A stretch of DNA of 64,000 nt from assembly GCA_963666975.2 (NCBI GenBank), contig CAXVYR010000002.1:267436-331435 (forward strand), given 5' to 3'. The DNA is from Terriglobia bacterium. Lineage in GTDB: Bacteria; Acidobacteriota; Terriglobia; 2-12-FULL-54-10. Position 1 is the first letter of the stretch. The number at the start of each line of letters is the position of its first letter. Positions 53,650 to 63,492 of this stretch are shown here, piece after piece. Below the pieces are notes generated by a model, which was not told the DNA's origin, ran no database searches, and saw only the letters and a program-made list of their open reading frames with translations. Position numbers and translations under genes: made by a program.

Positions 53650-53667
53650 AAGCAAGGCCCAATCCAA

Positions 53668-56600
53668 TCAGAAGGCGAACTTCAACCCGAACTGGATCTG
53701 CCGTGTCGGCAGGCCGGGGAGGGTTTGTGAGATCACTCCGGCGCCACCCCGATCAATTTGCGCAAACGGGGGTCGGAAGTGGGCAGTGTTGGTGAGGTTG
53801 AAGAACTCCGCCCGAAACTCAAAGTTTCGTTCCTCGCCAAAGGGGAAATTTTTGACTATCGACAAGTCTAAGTTACGGAGTCCCGGACCGATGAGCGTGT
53901 TTCTGCCCGTGGTCCCGTAGAATCCCGTCGTTTGCGGTACGAAGGAACTGGGGTCAAAGTACTGATCGATACTTCCCCCCGTCGGGTTATTGTCGGCCCC
54001 CTGTACGAGATCCGGGCGGGTGCTGTGAATGATCGCGCCATTATTGGATCGGTTGGTACCCATTCTTACCGTAAACGGGTTGCCCGGCGATAGCTTCACG
54101 ATTCCATTTAATCGCCAGCCGTTAATCAATCCTCTGGCGAATAGGTTATCGAAGTCGCCGGTGGGAAACTCGTAACCAAAACTGGTCACAAAGTTGTGTC
54201 CGATGTGATAACTAGCCAAGCTGCGATCGTTCTTGTGGTCATCCGGGTCCTGAGAGCCACCGACCCCATTGGTAGCGGACGATATTGTATCCCATCGATC
54301 AAAACTCTCATCGATAGTCTTGGACCAGGTATAAGCGACCGCCACTTGAATTCCCGACTGGAAGCGGCGATTCAAATTCACTTGTAACGAGTTGTAAAAC
54401 GACTGCGCCCAACTGGATTGCCGTGCATCCCAAATAACGCTGGAATTTCGACGGACTGTGGTGCCGCCGGCGCACCCATCCATTGGTTGAAAGCACCTGC
54501 GGCCATCAGAAAACGTCCCCGGTTCCTTAGTGTTGGCAGCTCTCAGAAAGTCCAGGTGATTTCCTCTGGACCCTGCGTAAGCCACTGTCAATGAAGTGCC
54601 CGGTATTAGCTCGCGCTGCAGCGTCAGGTTGTACTGCATGAGGTAGGCGTGGTCGCGGTCATAATCCATTGTCTGAACTCCCGGCCTTCCGGCAGCGCGA
54701 GGGTCTATCCCTCGGAAGACTCCCAAGAAGGTCGGGTTAGTGACGTTCCCAATGGTGTAAATGGGAGGTTGGCGAACCGCCGTGATGAACCAAGTGTTGG
54801 AAAGCATATGCATTCGGAAGGTTCCGAACCCCCCGCGCAGAGCGGTCTTGCCGTCTCCTTTCAAATCCCAGGCGAAGCCGACGCGCGGCTGAATATTGAT
54901 GGCCTGCGAGGCGTTCTTATAGTACGGTCCGATGGTGGGCTCTAGAGCCCGTACGTGCCGAAAGTTTGCTAAACGGTTATGATTTTCTGTTGGAACCGTG
55001 GACATCTCCCATCGCACGCCCAAGTTCAAAGTGAAGCCCGGTTTCACTTGCCAACTATCATCGATAAACGTCCCAATCATCCACTGGCGCATACTCCGGA
55101 CCGCGGCGCCCCTGGGGTCTCCACTCCCCAAGGCACCCTGCCATAGATCCGGCATGCCTTGCAAGAACGCCACCACATTGGGAAATCGGTAGGCTCCTCC
55201 CAAATTCTGGGGTGCGGCGAGATTGCTCTGATATCGCTTGAGGAGCGCTCCAAATTTAAGCTGGTGTGACCCTTGGGTGGTAGTCAGGTCGTCCTGGTAA
55301 TGGAAGTTGTTTGCTATGTAGATCTTCGGCAAGTTGGTAGCAGTCCCAATAGACGTCAGAGCGCCACCCAGGAAACCGATGCCGGCACTTTGGCCAAAGG
55401 GGAGCCCGGTGGGCGGATTAAAGGAAGGCAGGCCCTCCGCGAAAAGCGGTTCGTCGTCCACATTGTAGTTCATGCGGGTGAAGCCAACCCTAGCCGTATT
55501 GATCCATGTGGGAGAGAAGATGTGGTTCCACTCCGCCGTAGCGTACTGCCATCTGTTTCTTCCCAAGCCCTCGGCTATAGCGATGTTATTACTCGGAAAT
55601 TTCTGGGTGGAGTGGTCAAAGGTGTAGCGGACAAAGAAATTATCGGAATCCGAGAAGCGGTGATCCACGCGGGCCATCCAATAAAATTGATCGATCGGCT
55701 CGCTAAAAGAGCTTACAAACTGTGCTGTGCCATCCCCAAAATTTCTCCCATTCGCCTGCGGCGTGAGAGCGATGAACGGCGCGATATCCGGAGCGACACC
55801 GACATTCCCACCTGCCGAATCCGGAAGGATACCCATCCGGGCGTTGGCATCCAGGACTCTCCCTATGACGGCTTCGCCCCTGCGTTGCCGCAAAAGTTCA
55901 ACCGTCGAAAAGAAGAACGTCCGGTCTTGGATAACGGGCCCTCCCACAGCGCCCCCGAACTGGTTGCGCTTAAACCCTGGCCTTTCCTTGCCGGCGGCAT
56001 TGAGGAAATAGTCGTTGGCATCCAACTGGCTGTTGCGGTGAAATTCGAACAACGAGCCGTGAATCGAATTGGTGCCGGACATCGTGACCGAATTGACTAC
56101 CGCTCCGCCCTGGCTGGGGTGGGCGGCGCTGTAGCTATTGGTCAACAGAGAAAACTCTCGAACAGCTTCGATGCCCAATCCGCCGCCCGTCACTGCTCCT
56201 GGGGTTTGACGGTGAACATCCATGACCTCCGTTCCATCCACCAAGTACAGATTGGCGCTCACCCTGGCCCCGCTTACGGAAATTCTTTTTCCGGAACCGG
56301 TGCCGGTGTTTTGCCGAGTCGTACCTCCCGTGCTCAATGCCTGATTCGCGCCCGTTTGCAGGAGCACAAGCTGGGTAAAATCGCGGCCATTCAAGGGCAA
56401 ATTGCGAATCTGTTCATCGTCAACCAGAGCCGAAAGAGTGGAGGTTGTGGTCGCCACCACGGGAGCTTCTCCTGTTACCTCCACACTCTCCGTGACCGCC
56501 CCTACGCGGAGCGAGATATTGACGGTCGCTTCCAGGCCAACCGTTAATCTGATCCCTGGCCGAACAGCAGCTTGAAATCCCTGCAGTTCCACTCTCAGTT

Positions 56601-56847
56601 CATAGGTTCCAACCGAAAGCAGCGGCAGGTGATAGACACCTCTGGCGTCTGTCTCCGCGCTGCGCGTGGCCCCGGTGTTTTCATTTGTGGTGGTCACAGC
56701 CGCCCCAGGAATGACTGCCCCGGTGCCGTCGGTAACCGTGCCGGAAAGCGTTGCGCTGGTTACTTGGGCATGCCCGATAGAGAAGGGGAGCACCAAAAGA
56801 AGCGTCAACAGAATCGGAGTGAAACGCAAAATCCGCCGAGTAGACAT
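53668..56847 (-). CDS. TonB-dependent outer-membrane receptor with N-terminal CarboxypepD_reg domain
   Basis: Start taken at MSTRRILRF (ATG 56847, SD GGAGGT). 'ATLSGTVTDGTGAVIPGAAVTTTN...GTYELRV'. Plug-like 'VDDEQIRNLPLNGRDFTQLVLLQTGA'. Terminal '...QFGLKFAF'. Confidence 0.85.
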   Translation of the reverse strand: MSTRRILRFTPILLTLLLVLPFSIGHAQVTSATLSGTVTDGTGAVIPGAAVTTTNENTGATRSAETDARGVYHLPLLSVGTYELRVELQGFQAAVRPGIRLTVGLEATVNISLRVGAVTESVEVTGEAPVVATTTSTLSALVDDEQIRNLPLNGRDFTQLVLLQTGANQALSTGGTTRQNTGTGSGKRISVSGARVSANLYLVDGTEVMDVHRQTPGAVTGGGLGIEAVREFSLLTNSYSAAHPSQGGAVVNSVTMSGTNSIHGSLFEFHRNSQLDANDYFLNAAGKERPGFKRNQFGGAVGGPVIQDRTFFFSTVELLRQRRGEAVIGRVLDANARMGILPDSAGGNVGVAPDIAPFIALTPQANGRNFGDGTAQFVSSFSEPIDQFYWMARVDHRFSDSDNFFVRYTFDHSTQKFPSNNIAIAEGLGRNRWQYATAEWNHIFSPTWINTARVGFTRMNYNVDDEPLFAEGLPSFNPPTGLPFGQSAGIGFLGGALTSIGTATNLPKIYIANNFHYQDDLTTTQGSHQLKFGALLKRYQSNLAAPQNLGGAYRFPNVVAFLQGMPDLWQGALGSGDPRGAAVRSMRQWMIGTFIDDSWQVKPGFTLNLGVRWEMSTVPTENHNRLANFRHVRALEPTIGPYYKNASQAINIQPRVGFAWDLKGDGKTALRGGFGTFRMHMLSNTWFITAVRQPPIYTIGNVTNPTFLGVFRGIDPRAAGRPGVQTMDYDRDHAYLMQYNLTLQRELIPGTSLTVAYAGSRGNHLDFLRAANTKEPGTFSDGRRCFQPMDGCAGGTTVRRNSSVIWDARQSSWAQSFYNSLQVNLNRRFQSGIQVAVAYTWSKTIDESFDRWDTISSATNGVGGSQDPDDHKNDRSLASYHIGHNFVTSFGYEFPTGDFDNLFARGLINGWRLNGIVKLSPGNPFTVRMGTNRSNNGAIIHSTRPDLVQGADNNPTGGSIDQYFDPSSFVPQTTGFYGTTGRNTLIGPGLRNLDLSIVKNFPFGEERNFEFRAEFFNLTNTAHFRPPFAQIDRGGAGVISQTLPGLPTRQIQFGLKFAF

Positions 56848-57105
56848 AGACTGACCTCCAACATTAGATAAGATTTTCAATGCTTTTACCAATTATACAT
56901 ATAAAATGTCAAGCTCTTTATCCTCATTTGTCGTTAGCATATGATATGTCCGGTGGAAATAGCAAGTGAAGTGTCCGCTTGGAAGGCGGTCTGGGGTAAG
57001 AGCATCTATCCAGGAGGTGGAGATGGAGTCATACCCGAGGGCCGCGATGGAGCGGGCAATGAAGATACAAGAAGTAATCTTTTCGTCCCTCCAGAGGGCA
57101 ATATC

Positions 57106-58822
57106 ATGAATACCTTTCAGTTTGCCGACGATGTAGTGCTCCAGAAGGGAGCCCACGCGCTGAAGTTTGGATTGGAAATTCATCGCTATCGCTGGCACGT
57201 GTTCTCGAACTGGGCCAGAGCGGCTCAATGGTCATTCAACAGCCTGGACAGCTTTCTCCAGGGAGGTTTGCCGACGATGTAGTGCTCCAGAAGGGAGCCC
57301 ACGCCTGGAAATTCATCGCTATCGCTGGCACGTGTTCTCGAACTGGGCCAGAGGGACCCGCTTGACGGTGGCGTTACCGGGCTCGGACAACAGATAAAAT
57401 TACCGGCAAACTCTGATGGGTTTCTATTTCCAGGATGCCTATGCAATGAGTCCGCGCCTGAAACTCAATTTGGGCCTGCGCTACGAGTTCACCACGCTCC
57501 TACACGACAAATTCGGCAAGAGCATTTTTCTTCCTGACCCGGTGCGGGATTCCAATGTACAGATTGGGCCTCTCCTGGAGGGCAATCCTTCGCTACGCAA
57601 CTTTTCACCCCTCCTGGGCATTAGCTGGTCCCCGGGGAGCAGCGGCAACACAGTGCTCAGCGCTGGTTTTGGCGTTTACTACGATCAACTGCTGGAGTAT
57701 GTGGTAGACCAGCTGAAAAGTACGGTCCCATTTTATAGCGTGGTGGTCAGAAACAACTTTGATTCCTCCACGACGTTTCCCGACGCGGTCGCGGCTGCGG
57801 CCGGAACACCGTTCCAGGCTCAGGGCCTGGATTACCGAAACACGACTACCCCGATGGTGTTGCGCTACAACTTTGCGGTTCAACAGCAGCTTCCGGGTGG
57901 CTGGCGTCTGCGGACATCTTATGTGGGAGCCAGGGGCAACCATTTGTTTCGCAACTATGAAGCGAACCTCTTCCCGGTTCCCATCACCGAAGCCGACGGC
58001 TCGCTTTTCTTCCCACCCAATGAAGGCCCGGTAAATCCTGCTTTCGGAGGAATTAGAATTACCAGCAGTGATGCGCAATCTCTCTACAATTCGCTTCAGC
58101 TTTCTGTGAACAGGCGCCTCAGCCAAGGGATTTCTTTTCAAGCCGGCTACACTTACAGCAAGTCCGTGGATGACGCTTCTTCCTCCGGGCCTGAAACGGA
58201 CGCTTCCCAGTACGGGTTGTTACGAACTCAGGACCGAAGCCTTTCGGATTTCGACATTCGCCATCGTCTCGTGATCAACTACTTCTACACCCCTCCCCTG
58301 GGAGCCGGGCGGGGACGGTGGGGTTCCGGCGTCTTTTCGCACATATTGGGAGGCTGGACTTTGGGAGGGATCACGTCGCTTCGCACCGGGGTTCCTTTTA
58401 CTCCGCTGGTCCAAGTCCGTACGCCGGGATTCTTATTCTCAGCCCGCCGGCCCAACTTGCTTCCCGAACGGAAAACAAATCCCGTCCTCGGCGAACCCGA
58501 TCAATATTTCGATCCCTTCGCCTATAGCTTGCCTCCGCCGGGAACCCTCGGCAATGCTGGGCGTAACACTCTGATCGCGCCGACCGTCTTCAATATGGAT
58601 GTTTCCCTCCAGAGGGAATTTTCCCTGGATGCGAAAAGGCGGCTCCAATTCCGGGCAGAATTTTTCAATTTGCTGAACCACACCAACTTTGCTCGTATTT
58701 CTGGGGGTTCGAACAACATCTTTGTGGGTGCTTCTGGCCGCCGCAATCCCACTGCCGGAAGACTGCACAGCACTGCCACCACCGCGCGCCAGATCCAGTT
58801 TGCCCTGCGGTTTTCCTTCTAA
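57106..58822 (+). pseudogene. 5'-truncated, internally duplicated and stop-interrupted paralogue of the TonB-dependent receptor genes
   Basis: Only the C-terminal barrel is present. 'FADDVVLQKGAHALKFGLEIHRYRWHVFSNW...SFNSLDSFLQGG' aligns with the 17900..21160 protein at 'LIVQRGPHALKFGVDVHRYRWDIFSDW...SFNSLEGFLQAG'. The segment 57121..57220 is repeated at 57267..57353 with a 13-nt net deletion. There is an in-frame TAA in 'LPGSDNR*NYRQTLMGFYFQD'. The terminus '...QFALRFSF' is intact. Confidence 0.75.
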
Positions 58823-58915
58823 ACAAACGAAGCCATTGCTAAGCGGCGGCTTATTCTTCCGGAAGCAAGCTGCTTCGGCAAAGTATTGAAAGCCGCAGAA
58901 GCTCCCGTTCTCCGG

Positions 58916-59338
58916 TTACTTTTCTCCCTCAATCTCTACCGCATACCCGTCGGGATCCTGAAGGGAAAATGCCCATCCCCAGGGATGTTGTTCGGGAGGA
59001 TGGGGAATGTTCACGCCCCGCCGTTTCATCGTTTGGTAAGCGGCGTCGACAGAATCCGCGTGAATCCCGATAGTGATCGAGTTCGTCTGGATGGGCTCGG
59101 AAAATCTAGCTTTCCCGAACCATAGACCGCCCCCTTCGAATTCCACAGACTGTTCTGCACTTTCGGAGGTCACCTTGAGACCCAGCTTGTCGCGGTAGAA
59201 AGCTGTGGTTCGGCTTATATCCTTCACCCAGATGTGAATGTGCCGCACCTTCAGTTGCGTCGAGCCGGTTTGAGGGCTGGCAACGGTTGCCAGCATCGGA
59301 ATCAGGAAACTTGCCAGAATTGCTGATCGAACAAACAT
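58916..59338 (-). CDS. Secreted VOC (glyoxalase/bleomycin-resistance/dioxygenase) family protein
   Basis: Signal peptide. 'VRHIHIWVKDISRTTAFYRDKLGLKV', then a second half 'ITIGIHADSVDAAYQTMKRRGV...DPDGYAVEI'. Confidence 0.75.
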   Translation of the reverse strand: MFVRSAILASFLIPMLATVASPQTGSTQLKVRHIHIWVKDISRTTAFYRDKLGLKVTSESAEQSVEFEGGGLWFGKARFSEPIQTNSITIGIHADSVDAAYQTMKRRGVNIPHPPEQHPWGWAFSLQDPDGYAVEIEGEK

Positions 59339-59533
59339 GCTATTTACCTCCTTTTTGAAATTCCGAAGGCCCGGGAAACGCTACATAATTCCCATCGGCC
59401 ACCCATGAAAGCATCCTCTCCAAACAGGCGGAAACCAACTATTGTCAGTTGAGTGGCTACAAGCTGGAAATGCCCGCGCTGAGAAAGGTGTCAGTGATCT
59501 TTGGGTCCTTCCTGAAGACAACAATGCAGGGCC

Positions 59534-61387
59534 TCATTTTTCTCTTGAGGCCACTATTCTATCCATCTCCCTCGTAGGACCCACCACCTCCGCGGCAAAG
59601 CTGACCAACTCCACCGCCAGTATGTCGTCGACAAGCCCAATGGAAGGTTGACCGATGCCCTCCATGTAGCCGATGGGGCAGCAGTGCGCGCGGTCCATGA
59701 TCTCGACCAGCCGGGCCTGCAAACCCCGCTTCATAAACTCGCTATAGAACCGATGGGCCTGCTCGGGAAGAAGATAGAGGTCATGGTCGGTATAAGTGAT
59801 CAGAAACGGCGGGGCGTCCGCCCTCAAATAGCGGATGGGCGAGGCTTCCGCCAGCGCTTCCCGTTCCGTGCCAAAGCCTTGCTCCCTGCCGGTCGGCACC
59901 TGTCCTGGCTCGGGCCAAGCCGCGAGATCATAGATTCCGCTGGTTGGGATTACCCCCTTGACGGCGCCCGGCGGCACCCCTTCCTGTTCCAAGTACTTCG
60001 TATTTAACCCCAACAAGGCCACCAAGTGTCCGCCAGCTGAGCTGCCGGTGATGACCATCCGATCACGGTCGATGCTGTAGCGGGAGGCGTTTTTGTAGAT
60101 CCATGCAAAGGCGCGAGCTACATCCTGAATGTGGGCCGGGTGCTTCACCGCCGGGGAGAGCCTGTAATTGGTGGACACGATCCCCCATCCCAGCCGACCG
60201 AACAGGTTGACCAAGGTCTCCAGATTGCCTTTGTCCCCGACTCTCCAGCGGCCCCCGTGCACAAAGAAAAGGACGGGGAAGTTCGTCTTTCCTTCCGGCA
60301 GGTAAAGGTCCAAAGCATGGAGCTTCGGGTCAGCGCCCGGCCCGTCGTAATACTGCACATCCCGGACGACCTTCATCGCTGGAGCAGACATCTTGGGCAC
60401 TGCCCTCGGCCCGCCCTCGGGCCACACCGCGTGGAAGCTGCTTGCAAACGAGCCGTCCTGCACTGTATTCACAAAGCGCGCCAGCGCCGGCCCCAGTAAA
60501 TCTTCCACCGGGACAATCGGCATGCCGTTGATGTCATTTATAGTCACTTGCTTCCCGATTTCGGAAATCACATCAAAATGGTTGCGTGCCGGGATTTTAA
60601 CCAAGTGCGCCGGAAGGTTGTTGTGCAGAAACTGCGAATAGAACGTCTTGGCCTGCTCGGCAAGACCAAACAGATCGTTGTCGGTGTAGGTGATCAGGAA
60701 CGGAGGCGTAGCAGGGCCAGCGGCGCCCACTTTCAAGGATGGCGAAGCATCCCGGAGAATCTCCTGTTCGGTCCCAAACCCCTGCTCCATCCGGCTCGGC
60801 ACGACACCGGGCTCATAAAAATCCGCCAGGTCGTACACGCCGCTGCTCGAAACCACCCCTTTGATCGCTTCCGGAGACAATCCTTCCTGTTTGAGATACT
60901 TTGGTTCGAGCGCCAGCAAGGCAACCAAGTGGCCGCCTGCCGAATGCCCCGCGACAAAAATGTTATCGGCGTCCACGCCGTATTGAGCGGCGTTGTTGCG
61001 TATCCATGCAAAGGCACGCGCTACGTCCTGGATGTGCGCCGGGTGCTTAACAGCCGGCGAGAGCCGATAGTTCACAGAGGCAACCGCCATCCCATGACGG
61101 AGGAACAGATCGATAAACGTCCCCAGCCCCTCCGGGGACTTGTCTCCAACTCTCCATCCGCCCCCGTGCACAAAAAACATCAGAGGGACGCTGGATTTTC
61201 CCTCCGGTAAATACAGATCCAGGGAGTGAAATTTCGGATTGGCCGCCGGACCCCTGAAATACGGGACATCCCGCACAACCCGCATCGCGAACTGAGATGG
61301 GAGGTCTTGCGCTGCAGCCAGACCCCAGAAAGCGCCTGCAACTACAATGGCAAATGCTTGCAAGAGCCATTTTCTCGGTTGCCTCAT
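59534..61387 (-). CDS. Secreted tandem double alpha/beta-hydrolase (two esterase/formamidase-like domains in one polypeptide)
   Basis: Start at MRQPRKW (ATG 61387, SD AAGGAGG). Domain 1: 'FFVHGGGWRVGDK', 'AGHSAGGH', 'TDNDLF', 'ARNHFD'. Domain 2: 'FFVHGGRWRVGDK', 'TGSSAGGH', 'TDHDLY', 'DRAHCC'. Confidence 0.8.
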   Translation of the reverse strand: MRQPRKWLLQAFAIVVAGAFWGLAAAQDLPSQFAMRVVRDVPYFRGPAANPKFHSLDLYLPEGKSSVPLMFFVHGGGWRVGDKSPEGLGTFIDLFLRHGMAVASVNYRLSPAVKHPAHIQDVARAFAWIRNNAAQYGVDADNIFVAGHSAGGHLVALLALEPKYLKQEGLSPEAIKGVVSSSGVYDLADFYEPGVVPSRMEQGFGTEQEILRDASPSLKVGAAGPATPPFLITYTDNDLFGLAEQAKTFYSQFLHNNLPAHLVKIPARNHFDVISEIGKQVTINDINGMPIVPVEDLLGPALARFVNTVQDGSFASSFHAVWPEGGPRAVPKMSAPAMKVVRDVQYYDGPGADPKLHALDLYLPEGKTNFPVLFFVHGGRWRVGDKGNLETLVNLFGRLGWGIVSTNYRLSPAVKHPAHIQDVARAFAWIYKNASRYSIDRDRMVITGSSAGGHLVALLGLNTKYLEQEGVPPGAVKGVIPTSGIYDLAAWPEPGQVPTGREQGFGTEREALAEASPIRYLRADAPPFLITYTDHDLYLLPEQAHRFYSEFMKRGLQARLVEIMDRAHCCPIGYMEGIGQPSIGLVDDILAVELVSFAAEVVGPTREMDRIVASREK

Positions 61388-61560
61388 GCCAAAATCCTCC
61401 TTCTTTCGTTTTGGGCAGGCCCCGAGGCGTGGCCTGCCCAAAACAAAGCGATACGCGCACCGTTCACGCGGAAGCAAAAGACCGGCACGCGCGACACGCA
61501 GTATCTGCTGCGGCTACTGGTCGAGAAGCGGTTCCCTCTAATCCAGGAGCCCATCCAGAT

Positions 61561-63492
61561 TTAATAGCCTGGGGCCTTGTACACTGTCTTCCCGCCCACA
61601 GAGGTTAACAGAGTCTTGATGGTGCCGATCTGGTCCGCGGGAATTGCAAAATAATCCTTGTCAATCACGATAAAGTCAGCCAGCTTCCCCAACTCCAGCG
61701 AGCCGATATTTTCCTCGTTCATCGCCTGCTCGGCTCCCCAAATGGTAGCCGCTTTCATCAGCGTCACCTTATCCAACATCTCGCTCCGGTTGTAGGTGAT
61801 TCCGTCGTGAGGCATCACGCGGGTGGCGAAGAACTCCATAAAACCCCAGATGTTCCCGTCCCACTGCGACGGGTAGTCCATGTCCTTCGATTCGGGAAGC
61901 ACCTTGTGCAAGTGCGCGTCGGTGTTGAACACCACCTTCACGCCGGCATCCGCCAGAGTCTTCATCGGGGTCATCCAGGGCATATATTGCTCGCCGTAGG
62001 CCTTCAGGAAAGCTCCGCCCTTGATGTCGCCCTGAACCTGGTAGCCGTTGAAACCGGGCATGACCCCGTACAGGGCCATCTTCGCAGCCTGGTCGGGGCG
62101 AAGCATCGGATTGTGTTCCGTGCTGATCCGCGCGGCGCGTACTTGCTCCAGTGTCATTTTGCCCTCGGCGATCGACTGCTCAATCAGGTGCAATAGAGCA
62201 TCCATCGATCCATCGCTGTAGACGTGCAGATATCCGATCCGAAGACCGGCTTCCAGCGCCGCCTTCACATTCCGATAGCCGCCGTACTGCTCGTAGCTAG
62301 CCTTTGGATCCGAACAGGACATGAAAAGTTCCACCGGGTTAGCGGGGTTCGGCTCGGCGGCGGTGCAAGTGCCTATACCGCCTTCACCCTGAGGTCCCCA
62401 TTCCCAACCTTCATCGGCCACCCCGGCGTTCCAAATGTAGTCGTTCCCAATTCTTTGGAAGTTTCCCAAATTACGATACGTGAGACTGAGATCGTAATCG
62501 CTGCTCCAACCCTGTCCGCCGCCGCCCATGTACCAAGCCCACCGGACGGGCAGTTCACCCCGTTGGTAGAGCAAATTATAGGTCTCCATGATGGAGGGGG
62601 AGCCGTAGTAATGGTTCCCGAAGGTGGTGATTCCCTGGGCCGCTATACATTCGAGCAGCTCCCGCTTGAGGAAGTCCATCTTCTCCTCGGTTCGCCCCTG
62701 GAAAAGAATGTCGTAGGTGACCGAAGTGCGCGCGTACAACCCTACTCTTTCCATACCCAGAATCCTCAGCATCTCCTCCCTGGCTCTGGTGTTGTTGGCG
62801 CCGGGCCCGATGGCCTCTCCAACCATCACCATGAGGGGGTTGTTCGGGGCCAGCGTATCCAGGAATTCCCGGGTCAGGGGCGCGCTCGCACCACCCTGCT
62901 CATAGCGAGGATCCAAATTCGGAAAGAGAGCGTAGACAATCTTTCTCGACTCGACCAAGCTGTTCCCCCCAAACAAGCTGACCCAAATCCACTTGCCGGG
63001 GCCCAACAGACTGGTCCGCTCCCGAACAATCCGCTCCAGCTCCCGTAGCACCGTAGCCTGGTCATTGCCCTTGGCATAGAAGATCTGCAGTTGGGGATCG
63101 TTGTACCTCTTGGCCGCAAAATCCCCTTCCGAACCGAGCCAGTGCTCCACAGCCCAGAGGTGCGGATGGGTGTGACCGTCAATCAGACCCGGCAACACTC
63201 TCCGTCCTTTTGCGTCCAACACCTCTGTGTTGGGACCGGCCAGAAACCGTATCTGGTCATTGGTTCCCATCTCCAGAATCCGGTTGTTCTTCACCGCCAT
63301 AGCCTCGACCTCGGTCAGCCGCTCATCCATGGTGGAGATCTTGCCATTGACAACGATGATCTCCGGATAGGCCTGAAGTCTTTCCAGCTTGCTCCTCAAA
63401 TCGCCTGCGCTTTGCCCTTGCGCCCTCCCCGGCACCAAAAGAAAAACCAGAGCCAGCAAAATCGCGTAGCTCGAAGAAGTAGTTCTTTTCAT
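61561..63492 (-). CDS. Secreted Amidohydro_3 hydrolase (distant member of the array family)
   Basis: SD GGAGG. Signal peptide ...RAQGQS. 'IDGHTHPHLW', 'HVYSDGSMDALL', 'RISTEHNPML', 'GSLELGKLADFIVIDKDYFAIP'. Confidence 0.85.
   Translation of the reverse strand: MKRTTSSSYAILLALVFLLVPGRAQGQSAGDLRSKLERLQAYPEIIVVNGKISTMDERLTEVEAMAVKNNRILEMGTNDQIRFLAGPNTEVLDAKGRRVLPGLIDGHTHPHLWAVEHWLGSEGDFAAKRYNDPQLQIFYAKGNDQATVLRELERIVRERTSLLGPGKWIWVSLFGGNSLVESRKIVYALFPNLDPRYEQGGASAPLTREFLDTLAPNNPLMVMVGEAIGPGANNTRAREEMLRILGMERVGLYARTSVTYDILFQGRTEEKMDFLKRELLECIAAQGITTFGNHYYGSPSIMETYNLLYQRGELPVRWAWYMGGGGQGWSSDYDLSLTYRNLGNFQRIGNDYIWNAGVADEGWEWGPQGEGGIGTCTAAEPNPANPVELFMSCSDPKASYEQYGGYRNVKAALEAGLRIGYLHVYSDGSMDALLHLIEQSIAEGKMTLEQVRAARISTEHNPMLRPDQAAKMALYGVMPGFNGYQVQGDIKGGAFLKAYGEQYMPWMTPMKTLADAGVKVVFNTDAHLHKVLPESKDMDYPSQWDGNIWGFMEFFATRVMPHDGITYNRSEMLDKVTLMKAATIWGAEQAMNEENIGSLELGKLADFIVIDKDYFAIPADQIGTIKTLLTSVGGKTVYKAPGY

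Noticed and set aside
56941-57105. Possible short transposase or HTH fragment ('...MERAMKIQEVIF...') upstream of the decayed receptor gene, and the 111-aa minus-strand ORF 56893..57228.
   Set aside because: Only about a dozen residues look familiar, which is too short to support from memory. The minus-strand ORF is antisense to recognisable receptor-derived sequence.
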